A DNA stretch of 64,000 nt from an uncultured Spirochaetales bacterium (GCA_964428555.1 CAYRYS010000002.1:1086-65085); one strand, 5' to 3'; shown: positions 25,032-34,665, counted from the stretch's first letter. Numbers and translations: made by a program. The notes: a model not told the origin generated them from the sequence alone.

Positions 25032-27686
25032 ATGATATCGCCAATTTTTGGAACAGCCTTGTTTACTATTATGCTGATAATTTCCATATTCTGTTTTATT
25101 GGATATTTGTTTAGGAAGAAGAATAAATCTGCCCTTTTGTTATCAGTAATGGCTTTCCTTGTTGGGCTGAGAGTTTTCTTTTCTTCTACCGTTGGGTTGA
25201 TACGTCTCATTCCCTCTGCTCCGGTTTTACTTACTGTATTAACCCCGCATATCATCACATTGGCCATTATTTCTGTTTCACTTCTTTATATGCAGATACG
25301 GATGAGTCAACCTGTAAAAAGAACAATGAAAATAGCATTTAGTACAATTTGGCTTCCTTGTGCTGTTTTACTCTTTGTGCTTATACCGAACCAGTCCTTT
25401 TGGGCTTTTAGTGTTTTTGCTTTATTTGCAGGGCTCGCCTTTATTTATCAGGCTGCAAGTTTTTACCAATATCTACAAGACTGGAGTTTGTATTCTGTAA
25501 GCGCAGCTGTGTCTGCATTTTTATTATGGGTAGCTGTAGTACATGAGGTTCTTGTATTTTTCGGTGTACTGGGGATTCCGGCTTTTAGCGAGTTCATATA
25601 CAGTCTTTTTTGTGTTTTAGAAGCATTGGTCATATTGCTGATGCTTATTCAGGATTATGCGAAGGCAGAGCGTTCCTCAGAGCAGGAAGCTACTCATGAG
25701 AAGCTTAGTGAAGAAATTCTGCTAAATGCAGTAGCCGAGGCTTTGGTGCCGGTTGATGGGGTCTTGGGTATAACCGAATCCATGATTCATGAACAGAATC
25801 TTAAGAAAATCAATGATTCAGCACTACCGATAGTATTTACCTCTCAGATGCGGCTTAAATACATGCTTTATAATATTAGGGATTATTTGCATATTCAATC
25901 CCAGCCATTGGAGCTGCAAAAGGATGCGGTTAAGATAGATGAGGTGATTGATTTCTGTATGGAAATAATGAAGCCGTATTTGGATAGTAAGTCTATCACT
26001 ATTGAATATACTGCAGAAGACAAACTGCCTGTGCTGTACCTTGATGAAGATCGGATTACTCAGGTATTTATTAACTTGTTTAATGTAATATCCAGGAATG
26101 TTGAGTCTGCTGCTGTTACACTCTCAATTCAACAGGGAAAGGAGTCTGTGGATGTAGCATTATCCGGAAACCTACCGGAAGTCCTATATTCCGAGGGTGA
26201 AATCTATCTAGCATTTCAACATGACTTAGGAAATGTAACTCATCCTACTGCAGGAACCGGGATAGAGGCTATAATGGTCAAACTTTTGACAGAACAGCTT
26301 GGAGGCGCAGTGAAAATGCGCTCTAAGACTGATACATACTCAGTTTATGAGCTTACGTTTCCTCTTTCAGAGATAGGAACAATAGAAGCAAGGCACTCTG
26401 ATCTTGCTCTGCATAGAGAAACGCTTCAACAGGAAGTCACAGCTTTAGAGCCGATTATTGATACTGACAAGTTTAAACTTTTAGTCGTTGACGATGATCC
26501 GGTATCGTTACAGGTAATGAAAAATTACCTTCTTAACGAAGACTATGTTGTTGACTCGACCGGTACTGGTGAGGGAGCTCTTGCAATAATTGAGTCAAGC
26601 GATCCTCCGGACCTGCTGCTTTTAGATATAATGATGCCGAAGATGAGCGGTTTAGAGGTGTGTGAGCGGGTTAGAAAAAAGTATTCCACCAGTGAGCTTC
26701 CGATTATTCTTACAACAGCTAAGAGCAAAGTTGCTGACATGGCTGAAGGACTCATTCGGGGTGCGAATGATTATCTGGCAAAGCCGTTTACCAGAGATGA
26801 ATTAGTACGAAGAGTAAGAACACATTTAGAATTGTCCAAACTGAACACGATATACGGCAGGTTTATTCCAAAGGAATTTCTCCGTTTCCTTGGGCATGAC
26901 AATATTGTTGATATTTCACTGGGTGAACAGGTTCAGAAAGAGATGACAATCTTATTTGTTGATATTCGTTCCTTTACTTCCTTGTCCGAGAACATGTCGC
27001 CGCAAGAGAATTTTAAATTCATTAATTCATATCTAAGCAGGATTAGCCCGATTATTAAGGAGCACAATGGGTTTATTGATAAGTACATAGGCGATTCAAT
27101 TATGGCGCTTTTCCCGTTCAGGCCTGAAGACGCTATAGATACAGCTGTTGAAATGATAAAGCATGTGACTGTCTATAATCAGCATAGACACAACTCCGGA
27201 TATGTACCTATTAAGATTGGTATTGGTATCCATACCGGAAAGCTGATTCTCGGAATTATTGGGGACAAACAGAGAATGGAAGGGACTGTTATCTCAGATG
27301 CAGTTAACCTCGCTTCCAGAGTACAGGACCTGACAAAGCTCTATGGTGCTAATATTCTTATAAGTCAGGATACTTTCATACGCCTAGACAACCCTACTGA
27401 TTATTTTTTCCGATTCCTTGGAAGGGTAAAAGTAAAAGGAAAAGAAAAAACAGTCTCTGTGTTTGAAATATTTAATGGAGAGGAAGATAAAATAGTAACG
27501 AAAAAGAATAATACCAAAAATGAATTTGAAACTGCAATTATCAGGTTTGCAAAACGGAATTTTGATGAGGCGAGGGAGATTTTTTCTGGTATTGTAAAGA
27601 AATGTCCCCAAGACCGGGCTGCACAGCTATTTTTGCAGAAAATAAAAAAATATTCGAAGAGTGAAGGTGCAGATACACAATTATAA
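25032..27686 (+). CDS. multi-TM sensor - degenerate histidine-kinase module - receiver - class III cyclase - TPR-like tail
   Basis: About 6-7 N-terminal TM helices. The kinase-like region lacks the phospho-His (AEALVPVDGVLGITESM where an H-box is expected) and has eroded N/G1 boxes (NLFNVISRNV, LSGNLPEV). The receiver is intact (LLVVDDDP...LLLLDIMMPKMSG, Asp532...YLAKPF). Cyclase motifs are TILFVDIRSFTSLSE, KYIGDSIMALF, IGIGIHTGKLILGIIG and VISDAVNLASRVQ. Confidence 0.8.
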   Translation: MISPIFGTALFTIMLIISIFCFIGYLFRKKNKSALLLSVMAFLVGLRVFFSSTVGLIRLIPSAPVLLTVLTPHIITLAIISVSLLYMQIRMSQPVKRTMKIAFSTIWLPCAVLLFVLIPNQSFWAFSVFALFAGLAFIYQAASFYQYLQDWSLYSVSAAVSAFLLWVAVVHEVLVFFGVLGIPAFSEFIYSLFCVLEALVILLMLIQDYAKAERSSEQEATHEKLSEEILLNAVAEALVPVDGVLGITESMIHEQNLKKINDSALPIVFTSQMRLKYMLYNIRDYLHIQSQPLELQKDAVKIDEVIDFCMEIMKPYLDSKSITIEYTAEDKLPVLYLDEDRITQVFINLFNVISRNVESAAVTLSIQQGKESVDVALSGNLPEVLYSEGEIYLAFQHDLGNVTHPTAGTGIEAIMVKLLTEQLGGAVKMRSKTDTYSVYELTFPLSEIGTIEARHSDLALHRETLQQEVTALEPIIDTDKFKLLVVDDDPVSLQVMKNYLLNEDYVVDSTGTGEGALAIIESSDPPDLLLLDIMMPKMSGLEVCERVRKKYSTSELPIILTTAKSKVADMAEGLIRGANDYLAKPFTRDELVRRVRTHLELSKLNTIYGRFIPKEFLRFLGHDNIVDISLGEQVQKEMTILFVDIRSFTSLSENMSPQENFKFINSYLSRISPIIKEHNGFIDKYIGDSIMALFPFRPEDAIDTAVEMIKHVTVYNQHRHNSGYVPIKIGIGIHTGKLILGIIGDKQRMEGTVISDAVNLASRVQDLTKLYGANILISQDTFIRLDNPTDYFFRFLGRVKVKGKEKTVSVFEIFNGEEDKIVTKKNNTKNEFETAIIRFAKRNFDEAREIFSGIVKKCPQDRAAQLFLQKIKKYSKSEGADTQL

Positions 27687-27702
27687 TAAATAGCAGTACA
27701 AT

Positions 27703-28533
27703 CTATTTAATGAGATGTCTTTGAAATTTCTGTTCGAGCAGAGATTTCATGGTAATGGCATTGCGTATGGCTTTGCCTTTATAATGATTATTAAAAGCAA
27801 CGATAAGGACAGACCCGCTTTGTATCTTCTGAATTATCTCGTCTGCCCTTTGTTCAAGGGCATTCTTTTCATATAAGTAATCATACCTGCTTACATTTGT
27901 TCCTTTCCACCAACTTTCATAATTCCTGCCATGGAAACGGCAGTATAGGGTTTCTGTGGTTCTGATAATCTGCCAATTCGGCAGGTTAGCTATCTCAGGT
28001 AAGTCTGTGGTAACCAGGGAGAGTTCTTTTTTCAGCATCGTATTGTAAACAGTTTGTTTATGCCAATCGCGGTTTCGAAATTCGATAAATACCGGGAAGG
28101 GTGCAAATTCATCACAGACTTTTGCGAGGTATATTCGGTTTGCCTTTGTGTAATGAAAGCTGTATGGAAATTGGAGGAGAACTCCTAAGAGCTTGCCACT
28201 TTCCGATAGAATATGTATATTCTCTTTAAATAGTTTAATTCTATTTTTGATAAAGTGGTAAGTCTCATGGGTGATCGATTTATGAGCTTTTATTGTGAAT
28301 TTAAAGTTTTCAGGTACAATCCGTGACATCTTTTCTAATTGGTGGAGAGAGGGTTCTCTGTAATAGCTGAAATTGAGTTCAACAAAATTAAACTGGTTAG
28401 AGTAGAACTTAAGCATGCCAGATTGCTTCAGGTCCTCTGGATAGAAAGTGTTCTTCCAATCTGAATAGGAATAACCTGAAGTCCCAATATACAGTTCCAT
28501 ATAAAGAGTATAGCATACGTATTGTGGAACCAT
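27703..28533 (-). CDS. DUF72 (YecE/UPF0759) family protein
   Basis: LYIGTSGYSYSDWKNTFYPEDL at the N-terminus plus the family-typical VEFRNRDW segment. The start is uncertain: ATG at 28533 or ATG at 28500 (MELYIGTSGY). Neither has a clear SD. Confidence 0.8.
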   Translation of the reverse strand: MVPQYVCYTLYMELYIGTSGYSYSDWKNTFYPEDLKQSGMLKFYSNQFNFVELNFSYYREPSLHQLEKMSRIVPENFKFTIKAHKSITHETYHFIKNRIKLFKENIHILSESGKLLGVLLQFPYSFHYTKANRIYLAKVCDEFAPFPVFIEFRNRDWHKQTVYNTMLKKELSLVTTDLPEIANLPNWQIIRTTETLYCRFHGRNYESWWKGTNVSRYDYLYEKNALEQRADEIIQKIQSGSVLIVAFNNHYKGKAIRNAITMKSLLEQKFQRHLIK

Positions 28534-28574
28534 CAATTTGAGAATGAATTATTGGTATATAGATTCGGGAGGGG

Positions 28575-28603
28575 TTGAATAAGCCTATGAAAATAATTAT
28601 ACT
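28575..28603 (+). promoter_or_regulatory. sigma70-type promoter candidate (TTGAAT - 17 nt - TATACT) upstream of the EF-G gene
   Basis: The -35 is at 28575..28580 and the -10 at 28598..28603, about 65 nt upstream of the ATG at 28670. Confidence 0.35.
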
Positions 28604-28669
28604 TCGACCCCAAAAGCAAATAAGACCTTCCGGCAAAAAGCCAAAAAATAAAGAGAGGTAATATATTCT

Positions 28670-30748
28670 ATGAACAATGACGTCCAAAATTTGCGGAATA
28701 TTGGAATTAGTGCGCATATTGATTCAGGAAAAACGACGTTGACAGAGCGGATTCTGTATTACTGTAATAAAATTCACGCAATTCATGAAGTCCGCGGTAA
28801 AGATGGTGTCGGTGCTACTATGGATTCCATGGAGCTCGAAAAAGAGCGTGGAATTACCATTGCTTCAGCATCCACCCATGTTGAATGGAAAGGCACTCCG
28901 GTCAATATTATTGACACTCCCGGACACGTGGACTTTACTATTGAGGTAGAGCGTGCGCTTCGTGTATTAGATGGAGCAATTCTTGTTCTCTGTTCAGTCG
29001 GCGGTGTACAGTCCCAGTCTATAACTGTAGATAGGCAGCTGAAACGGTATAATGTACCAAGGCTTGCGTTTATTAATAAGATGGACCGAACAGGGGGAAA
29101 CCCGTTTAAGGTAAAAGACCAGCTTGTTGAAAAACTAGGTCACAATGCGGTGTTGATGCAATATCCAATTGGTCTTGAGGACAAGCATGAAGGCGTAGTT
29201 GACCTTGTTACCATGAAAGCTCTTTATTTTGACGGAGGATCCGGAGAGGCAGTGCGTGAGGCTGAGATCCCAGCTGAGCTTGTTGATAAGTGCCAGGAGC
29301 TGAGAGAAGAATTGATCGATGCTGCATCCATGTTTTCTGATGAACTTGCTGAAGCCTTTTTGGAAGGTGAAGAAACAGAAGAGATGGTAATGGACGCAAT
29401 ACGGAAAGGAACCCTATCTCTCGATCTGACTCCGGTTTTCATGGGCTCTGCGTATAAAAATAAGGGAGTTCAACCTTTACTGGATGCAGTAAAAAGCTAT
29501 TTACCAAGCCCTGATGATATTACGAATGTTGCTCTGGATCTGGATAATGAGGAAGCAGAGGTTGAATTGGCTAATAAGAACAAGGAGCCTACTGTTGCGC
29601 TTGCCTTTAAGCTTGAAGACGGTCAGTATGGACAGTTGACCTATATTAGGATCTATCAGGGAACAGTAAGAAAAGGAAGCGACCTATATAATACCCGTTC
29701 TAGAAAGAAATTTAAAGTTGGTAGACTTATCAGGATGCATGCGAATTCCATGGAAGATATCAATGAGGCAGAAAGCGGAGATATTGTTGCGTTGTTTGGA
29801 ATTGACTGTGCGTCAGGTGATACGTTCTGCGATCCGAATCTGAACTATTCAATGACCTCCATGTTTGTACCATTGCCGGTTATTTCTCTTGCAGTTTCTC
29901 CAAAGGATAAGAAAGCTGCTGATAACATGGCAAAAGCACTGAATAGATTCACAAAAGAGGACCCAACATTCAGGACCTATGTTGATCCGGAATCTAATGA
30001 AACAATTATACAGGGAATGGGTGAGCTTCACCTTGATGTGTATATCGAGCGAATGAAGCGTGAATACAAAGCTGAGGTTGAGACCGGAATGCCTCAGGTA
30101 GCGTATAGAGAAGCAATCAGTCAGCGGGCAGATTTTGACTATACTCATAAAAAGCAGTCCGGTGGTTCCGGACAGTATGGCCGTGTTGCGGGCTATATTG
30201 AACCACTTGAAGAGGGCGATTACGAATTTGTTGACAAGATCAAAGGTGGTGTAATTCCAAACGAATATATACCTTCCTGTGATAAAGGGTTCAAATCTGC
30301 AATGCACAAGGGTCCGGTTATCGGATTTCCAATTGTCGGTGTCCGTGCTGTAATAAACGATGGTTCTACCCATTCTGTGGACTCTTCTGACATGGCTTTT
30401 CAGCAGGCTGCAATTGGGGCATTTAAAGATGCCTATCCAAAGGCTAAGCCGACAATTTTGGAACCGATAATGAAGGTTACTGTAGAAGGACCTACAGAAT
30501 TCCAAGGAAATATCTTTGCGAGCATTAATCAGCGCAGAGGTATTATTCTCAGCTCAAGTGAAGATGATGCCTTTTCTGTAGTTGAAGCTGAAGTACCCTT
30601 GAGTGAAATGTTCGGATATTCAACAACCCTCCGTTCGCTAACTCAGGGTAAAGCAGAATTTACTATGGAATTTGATAAATACGGTAAAGTACCTCAGAGT
30701 GTTGCTGAGGAACTGAAAAAGGAGCTTGCTGAAAAGAAAAAGGGCTAA
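28670..30748 (+). CDS. fusA: translation elongation factor G (stand-alone paralogue, not in an str operon)
   Basis: The G-domain motifs are present ([21 protein letters not shown]). The product is colinear with EF-G through domains II-V (for example [16 protein letters not shown]) and is 692 aa long. Confidence 0.95.
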   Translation: MNNDVQNLRNIGISAHIDSGKTTLTERILYYCNKIHAIHEVRGKDGVGATMDSMELEKERGITIASASTHVEWKGTPVNIIDTPGHVDFTIEVERALRVLDGAILVLCSVGGVQSQSITVDRQLKRYNVPRLAFINKMDRTGGNPFKVKDQLVEKLGHNAVLMQYPIGLEDKHEGVVDLVTMKALYFDGGSGEAVREAEIPAELVDKCQELREELIDAASMFSDELAEAFLEGEETEEMVMDAIRKGTLSLDLTPVFMGSAYKNKGVQPLLDAVKSYLPSPDDITNVALDLDNEEAEVELANKNKEPTVALAFKLEDGQYGQLTYIRIYQGTVRKGSDLYNTRSRKKFKVGRLIRMHANSMEDINEAESGDIVALFGIDCASGDTFCDPNLNYSMTSMFVPLPVISLAVSPKDKKAADNMAKALNRFTKEDPTFRTYVDPESNETIIQGMGELHLDVYIERMKREYKAEVETGMPQVAYREAISQRADFDYTHKKQSGGSGQYGRVAGYIEPLEEGDYEFVDKIKGGVIPNEYIPSCDKGFKSAMHKGPVIGFPIVGVRAVINDGSTHSVDSSDMAFQQAAIGAFKDAYPKAKPTILEPIMKVTVEGPTEFQGNIFASINQRRGIILSSSEDDAFSVVEAEVPLSEMFGYSTTLRSLTQGKAEFTMEFDKYGKVPQSVAEELKKELAEKKKG

Positions 30749-30829
30749 TACCCTTCTTTTCAGTGACTTCTCAAGGAAAATGAATTATTCTAATAATAGA
30801 GGATTGAACGATAATCAAGGAGTTTATGA

Positions 30830-31531
30830 ATGGTAAAATCGGAGCTGATTAAAAGAAGCCCTTTGAGAATTCTGGAAAAATCAATTCATGGAGGACTTGG
30901 AAAAGGAAACATCGGTGTTATTGCATCTAGAAAAGGTGTAGGAAAAACTGCCTGTCTTGTCCATATTGGTACGGATAAGCTTTTTCAGGAAAAGCACGTA
31001 ATCCATGTATCTTTTTCGTCCCGGACTGATCATATTATCAGTTGGTATGAAGATATCTTTAAAGAAATTACAAAAAAACGTGAGCTGGAACATGCAATGG
31101 AAGTGCACAACACGATTATTAAAAATCGTGTAATTATGAATTTTAATCAGGATGGAATTCAGACTGAGCAGGTGCTGCACAGCCTAAAAGCTATGATCAA
31201 GGACGGCAACTTTGGCGCAGATATGGTTGTGGTAGATGGGTTTGATTTTGCAAAAGCCAACCCTGAAGACCTACAGCAGGTTAAGAACTTTGCAAAAGAG
31301 CTTAATATTGAAATCTGGTTTAGTGTGTCCCTTCCTGAGGGTTCTAATTTTGATGAGAATGGAACACCTATGCTGCTCAAGGATTTCCTTGGCCAGATTT
31401 CCGTGCTTGTTACATTAAAACCTGATAATAATCATATTAAATTGCAGCTAGTCAAGGACCATGGACATGTTCCTGTAGAGGAGCTGCACTTAATTCTTGA
31501 TTCAAAGAGTCTTCTTATAGTTGAAGAATAG
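30830..31531 (+). CDS. RecA-superfamily (KaiC/DnaB-like) P-loop ATPase-domain protein, function unknown
   Basis: AAGGAG SD 7 nt upstream. GGLGKGNIGVIASRKGVGKT resembles the KaiC/DnaB Walker A context but has Ser at the first Gly/Ala position. The Walker B-like segment is DMVVVDGFD. Single domain, 233 aa. Confidence 0.5.
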   Translation: MVKSELIKRSPLRILEKSIHGGLGKGNIGVIASRKGVGKTACLVHIGTDKLFQEKHVIHVSFSSRTDHIISWYEDIFKEITKKRELEHAMEVHNTIIKNRVIMNFNQDGIQTEQVLHSLKAMIKDGNFGADMVVVDGFDFAKANPEDLQQVKNFAKELNIEIWFSVSLPEGSNFDENGTPMLLKDFLGQISVLVTLKPDNNHIKLQLVKDHGHVPVEELHLILDSKSLLIVEE

Positions 31532-31537
31532 TATTTA

Positions 31538-31569
31538 GGGTCAGCATTATGCTGACCCTATTCTTTTTT
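31538..31569 (+). terminator. rho-independent terminator
   Basis: Perfect 9-bp stem GGGTCAGCA / TGCTGACCC with a 3-nt loop, followed by TATTCTTTTTT, 7 nt after the stop codon. Confidence 0.75.
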
Positions 31570-31757
31570 AAGCTGAATTAACTGATCCGGTGCTTGAACA
31601 AAGTAGAAAACATGATACATCCACATTAGAGTAACGGAAACAAGTGAATACTTTGCAACGCTAAAGATTATTTTTCGCGCAAAACCTTTTAATAGAAGAC
31701 TCCTTCTGTTTCGTTGTTTTTACAAATACGAATTAAGAACTGATACTCAAACAGCAT

Positions 31758-31786
31758 TTGTGTAAATCCGGCAGATTGCGTATAAT
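31758..31786 (+). promoter_or_regulatory. sigma70-type promoter candidate (TTGTGT - 17 nt - TATAAT) for the rubrerythrin-like gene
   Basis: The -35 is at 31758..31763 and the -10 at 31781..31786. A strong SD (GAAGGAGAGG) precedes the ATG at 31838. Confidence 0.45.
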
Positions 31787-31837
31787 TATAATAGGAAATG
31801 TAGAAATTGAACAGCATAAAACATAGAAGGAGAGGAT

Positions 31838-32326
31838 ATGGATATCCAGGAAGCATTTGATACAGCATTATCAGCCGAGCATGAGAGCGAGGTATTATAC
31901 AGGGGACTAGCTGAACAGACAGAGGATGATAGAATTCGTGAAATATTTTCGTATCTTGCTGATGAAGAGAAGTCCCACTACGCCGCAATAAACAGCTTGA
32001 AGAAACTCTACGGTTTACAAGAAGGAGATAATAGACCTGTGCTGCCGCAACGTAAGTTTGATATTGAGGCTTTAAGAACGCCTATTGTTACTGAGAAGCT
32101 GAAGCAGGACATCAAATCAGGCCGCTATGAATCCTCAACTTTGGCTTTTGCTGTACAGCTCGAAAAGAACGGAGTGGATCATTATGCGAAAATTGCAAAA
32201 CAAGTAGAGGACACAAATATAAAGACTTTTTTTGAATCCCTTTCCAGATGGGAACAGGATCATCATGATTTTCTTGAAAACCATTTTGAGAATATCAATA
32301 AGGCAGCAGTAAGGAAGAATGAGTAA
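31838..32326 (+). CDS. rubrerythrin/ferritin-like di-iron protein (no rubredoxin domain)
   Basis: Four helix segments carry E / ExxH-type ligand candidates: SAEHESEVLY, ADEEKSHYAAI, AVQLEKNGVDHY and RWEQDHHDFLENH. Confidence 0.7.
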   Translation: MDIQEAFDTALSAEHESEVLYRGLAEQTEDDRIREIFSYLADEEKSHYAAINSLKKLYGLQEGDNRPVLPQRKFDIEALRTPIVTEKLKQDIKSGRYESSTLAFAVQLEKNGVDHYAKIAKQVEDTNIKTFFESLSRWEQDHHDFLENHFENINKAAVRKNE

Positions 32327-32332
32327 ATTGAT

Positions 32333-32992
32333 TTAGAGATCCTGAAAAGCAGCCGAGTCGCAGTAAGACGATATCGGGCAGTGCTTGCATTTCGGATTTC
32401 GAGGCTTGCAGAAGTTCTGTCCGATTATTATCAGTTCTTCGTTAAGTTCAATCCAGTACTTTTGCGGGACAGTTTCCATTAGTCTGTATTCTGTTTTTTC
32501 AGGGGTTTTTGAATCTACCCAGCCAAGCTGGTTCGATACTCTATGTACATGGGTGTCTACACAAACTGCTTGTTTGTGAAAAGCAAGATTCAATACCAGA
32601 TTCGCAGTTTTTCTTCCCACTCCGGGAAGGGATAGCAGGTCCTCAGCTGAATCCGGTATAGAGCCTTTGTGCTGCCCGGAAATGATAGTTGCAATCCTTT
32701 TCAAGTTTTCCGCTTTTACACGGTAGTATGCACATGGATAAATGGCTTCTCTTATAGCATCTACGTCAAGCTTCATTAGTTCTTCAAAATTCTGTGCCTT
32801 CTCAAACAGCTGGTAAGATGATTCAAGTGTTACCTTGTCTTTTGTTCTTAAGGATATAACTGTGCTTGTTAGTATTTTGTAGGGGTCATTAGAGAACTCT
32901 CTAGCTATTTTACTGACAGAAGGCAGGTCATAGGCTGCCCGAATCTTTCTGAGAACAGTAAATACCTTGCTCCAGTAATCAGTGTTCTTCAA
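32333..32992 (-). CDS. nth: endonuclease III (HhH-GPD DNA glycosylase with 4Fe-4S cluster)
   Basis: HhH motif LLSLPGVGRKTANLVL, catalytic region VCVDTHVHRVSNQLG, and Cys cluster CKPRNPKCKHCPISSYC. The start is uncertain. TTG at 32992 gives an E. coli-like N-terminal length. The ATGs at 33040 and 33058 would overlap ispF by 60-80 nt. Confidence 0.85.
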   Translation of the reverse strand: MKNTDYWSKVFTVLRKIRAAYDLPSVSKIAREFSNDPYKILTSTVISLRTKDKVTLESSYQLFEKAQNFEELMKLDVDAIREAIYPCAYYRVKAENLKRIATIISGQHKGSIPDSAEDLLSLPGVGRKTANLVLNLAFHKQAVCVDTHVHRVSNQLGWVDSKTPEKTEYRLMETVPQKYWIELNEELIIIGQNFCKPRNPKCKHCPISSYCDSAAFQDL

Positions 32993-33476
32993 AATCCTTA
33001 TTCCTAAATATAAGTACTGCAGCCTGTGCAGCGATTGCATGTTTGCTGCCCACTGCATCGCAATTCTCGTTTGTTTTTGCCTTAACAGACACAGTATCAA
33101 TATTCAGCTCTAAGAGAGATGCAAGAGATCTGCGGATGTGTTGTATATGCGGTTTGAGTTTTGGTTCTTCAGTAATAATGGTAGAATCAAGATTGATTAT
33201 CCTGTAGCCTTCTTTGGCCAGAAGTGCGTGGATTTTTTCTAACAGCTTCCTGCTGGATATGTTTTTATACTGTTGGTCACTAGGCGGGAAATGTGTGCCA
33301 ATGTCACCAAGCGCTGCTGCCCCTAAGAGGGCGTCTATAACTGCGTGGATAAGTACGTCTCCATCCGAGTGGGCAATACAGCCGAGACTGGAAGGGATTT
33401 CTGATCCACCGAGAAAGATTTTCCTTTCCGGGGAGAGGCGGTGAATGTCATACCCGATCCCTATTCTTATGTCCAC
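32979..33476 (-). CDS. ispF: 2-C-methyl-D-erythritol 2,4-cyclodiphosphate synthase
   Basis: IGIGYDIHRL ... AHSDGDVLIHAVIDALLGAAALGDIGTHFP is the canonical IspF signature. The gene overlaps ispD by 10 nt. Confidence 0.95.
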   Translation of the reverse strand: MDIRIGIGYDIHRLSPERKIFLGGSEIPSSLGCIAHSDGDVLIHAVIDALLGAAALGDIGTHFPPSDQQYKNISSRKLLEKIHALLAKEGYRIINLDSTIITEEPKLKPHIQHIRRSLASLLELNIDTVSVKAKTNENCDAVGSKHAIAAQAAVLIFRNKDFEEH

Positions 33477-34135
33477 CGAATATCTTCCTTATGAGTAATT
33501 TTTTTGTTTTTTTCATTTCCAGGTACAGTTGCAACTGGTCCGCAGAAAATACTGAAAAGCTCTGCATCATCATGGGCGTTGTAACCGTTTTCTTCTGCTG
33601 TTTCATGGGCTGCGTATATTTCTTGAAAAGAAAAGCCTTGAGGGGTTTGAGCTCGCCTGAGGTTTGTACGGTCAAGTGCCTGTTGAATAAAGCCGTTGCT
33701 ATCTACTTCTTTCACTGCGTCTATAATCGGCAGAACGGGTATGCAGGCCTGGTGCTGTTTCATTGATGTAATTACCTGTTGAATAAGCGTTTGGTCGACC
33801 CATGGCCGTGCGGCATCGTGAATAAGAACATAATCAGTATGTTTTGGTAAAAGCTTCTTCAGTCCGAGAAAGACTGATTTTTGGCGTGTTGTTCCGCCTT
33901 TTGTAAAGCAGATATCTGCTTTGGTTTCCAGCGGGTACAGTGCGTTTTTGATATCATTTTCTGCGCCTGCAGAATGGGTGATAACAATATTCCGAATGTC
34001 TGGGATATTGTGAAAACATGAGACTGTCTTATTAATAACACTTTTCCCGTCAATCTCTGCAAAAATTTTGCTGCGTCCCCTGCCAAAGCGAGTGCTCTTT
34101 CCTGCAGCAGTAATTATGAGTCCAATGTTAACCAT
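33467..34135 (-). CDS. ispD: 2-C-methyl-D-erythritol 4-phosphate cytidylyltransferase
   Basis: IITAAGKSTRFG P-loop-like motif, VLIHDAARP, RAQTPQGF. 222 aa. Confidence 0.9.
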   Translation of the reverse strand: MVNIGLIITAAGKSTRFGRGRSKIFAEIDGKSVINKTVSCFHNIPDIRNIVITHSAGAENDIKNALYPLETKADICFTKGGTTRQKSVFLGLKKLLPKHTDYVLIHDAARPWVDQTLIQQVITSMKQHQACIPVLPIIDAVKEVDSNGFIQQALDRTNLRRAQTPQGFSFQEIYAAHETAEENGYNAHDDAELFSIFCGPVATVPGNEKNKKITHKEDIRWT

Positions 34136-34158
34136 GTTTTATCCTGTAAAACTATCGG

Positions 34159-34665
34159 TTATTCAGATTCCAGCTTGTTGAATATCATTTGCTCTACCTC
34201 ATCCTTCTCTTTTTCCAAGGAGTAGGTAATTTCATCCACAAGTAGACGAAGAGCATTATCAAAGAGCTTTCTTTCAAGGATGGGAAGCTCTTTGATCTTG
34301 CTTCTGTGATACAGTGAACGGACAACGGTTGCAATATCGGTGACGCTACCCAGTTTTAAAAGGTCCAGGTTCATTTGATACCGCATTTTCCAGTCTGTCT
34401 GTACAGGTTCATACTCTTCAGAAATAAGCTCTAGGGCTTCCTTTGCCTTCTTTTTGTCTACTATGGCCCGTATTCCCAGCTCTTCAGCTTTATCTACAGG
34501 TACCATCACTGTCATGTCTGTTACGTCTAGGTATATGACGTAATACAGCATGTTCTGCTCTTTGAATTCACGTTCCTGAATATCTGTTATTTCTCCAACA
34601 CCTTGTAACGGATACACAACGTGTTGATTTTTCTTGAATGTTGTTGAATTTGATTCTACTGCCAT
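34159..34665 (-). CDS. carD: CarD/CdnL family RNA-polymerase-binding transcription regulator
   Basis: The N-terminal Tudor-like segment FKKNQHVVYPLQGVGEITDIQEREF..., the 168-aa length, and the position upstream of ispD-ispF, as in many bacteria. Confidence 0.85.
   Translation of the reverse strand: MAVESNSTTFKKNQHVVYPLQGVGEITDIQEREFKEQNMLYYVIYLDVTDMTVMVPVDKAEELGIRAIVDKKKAKEALELISEEYEPVQTDWKMRYQMNLDLLKLGSVTDIATVVRSLYHRSKIKELPILERKLFDNALRLLVDEITYSLEKEKDEVEQMIFNKLESE

Noticed and set aside
7148-27686. A complete Pycsar-type anti-phage system (PycTM-like protein plus a cyclase).
   Set aside because: The nearest cyclases are more than 11 kb away. They are large sensor-fused class III enzymes in their own operons, and the small TM protein is coupled to a histidine kinase instead. 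No phage-defence neighbourhood (restriction, abortive-infection or mobile genes) surrounds it.
31778-31795. A PerR/Fur-like box (TATAATTATA palindrome) overlapping the -10 of the rubrerythrin-like gene.
   Set aside because: The palindrome is only 10 bp of pure A/T and does not fit the 7-1-7 Fur/PerR consensus in register. It is likely a by-product of the -10 element in AT-rich DNA.
31689-31988. A 99-aa minus-strand ORF spanning the rubrerythrin promoter and start.
   Set aside because: It overlaps a well-supported promoter, SD and coding start on the plus strand. The translation has no motif and an odd composition, so it is probably spurious.
33040-33100. The N-terminal 20-36 codons of the nth ORF as given in the track (start at 33100).
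   Set aside because: This stretch overlaps the 3' end of ispF by up to 120 nt. It would give an N-terminal extension about 40 aa longer than in E. coli endonuclease III. An internal TTG at 32992 preceded by AGGA fits better, although the ATGs at 33040 and 33058 cannot be excluded.
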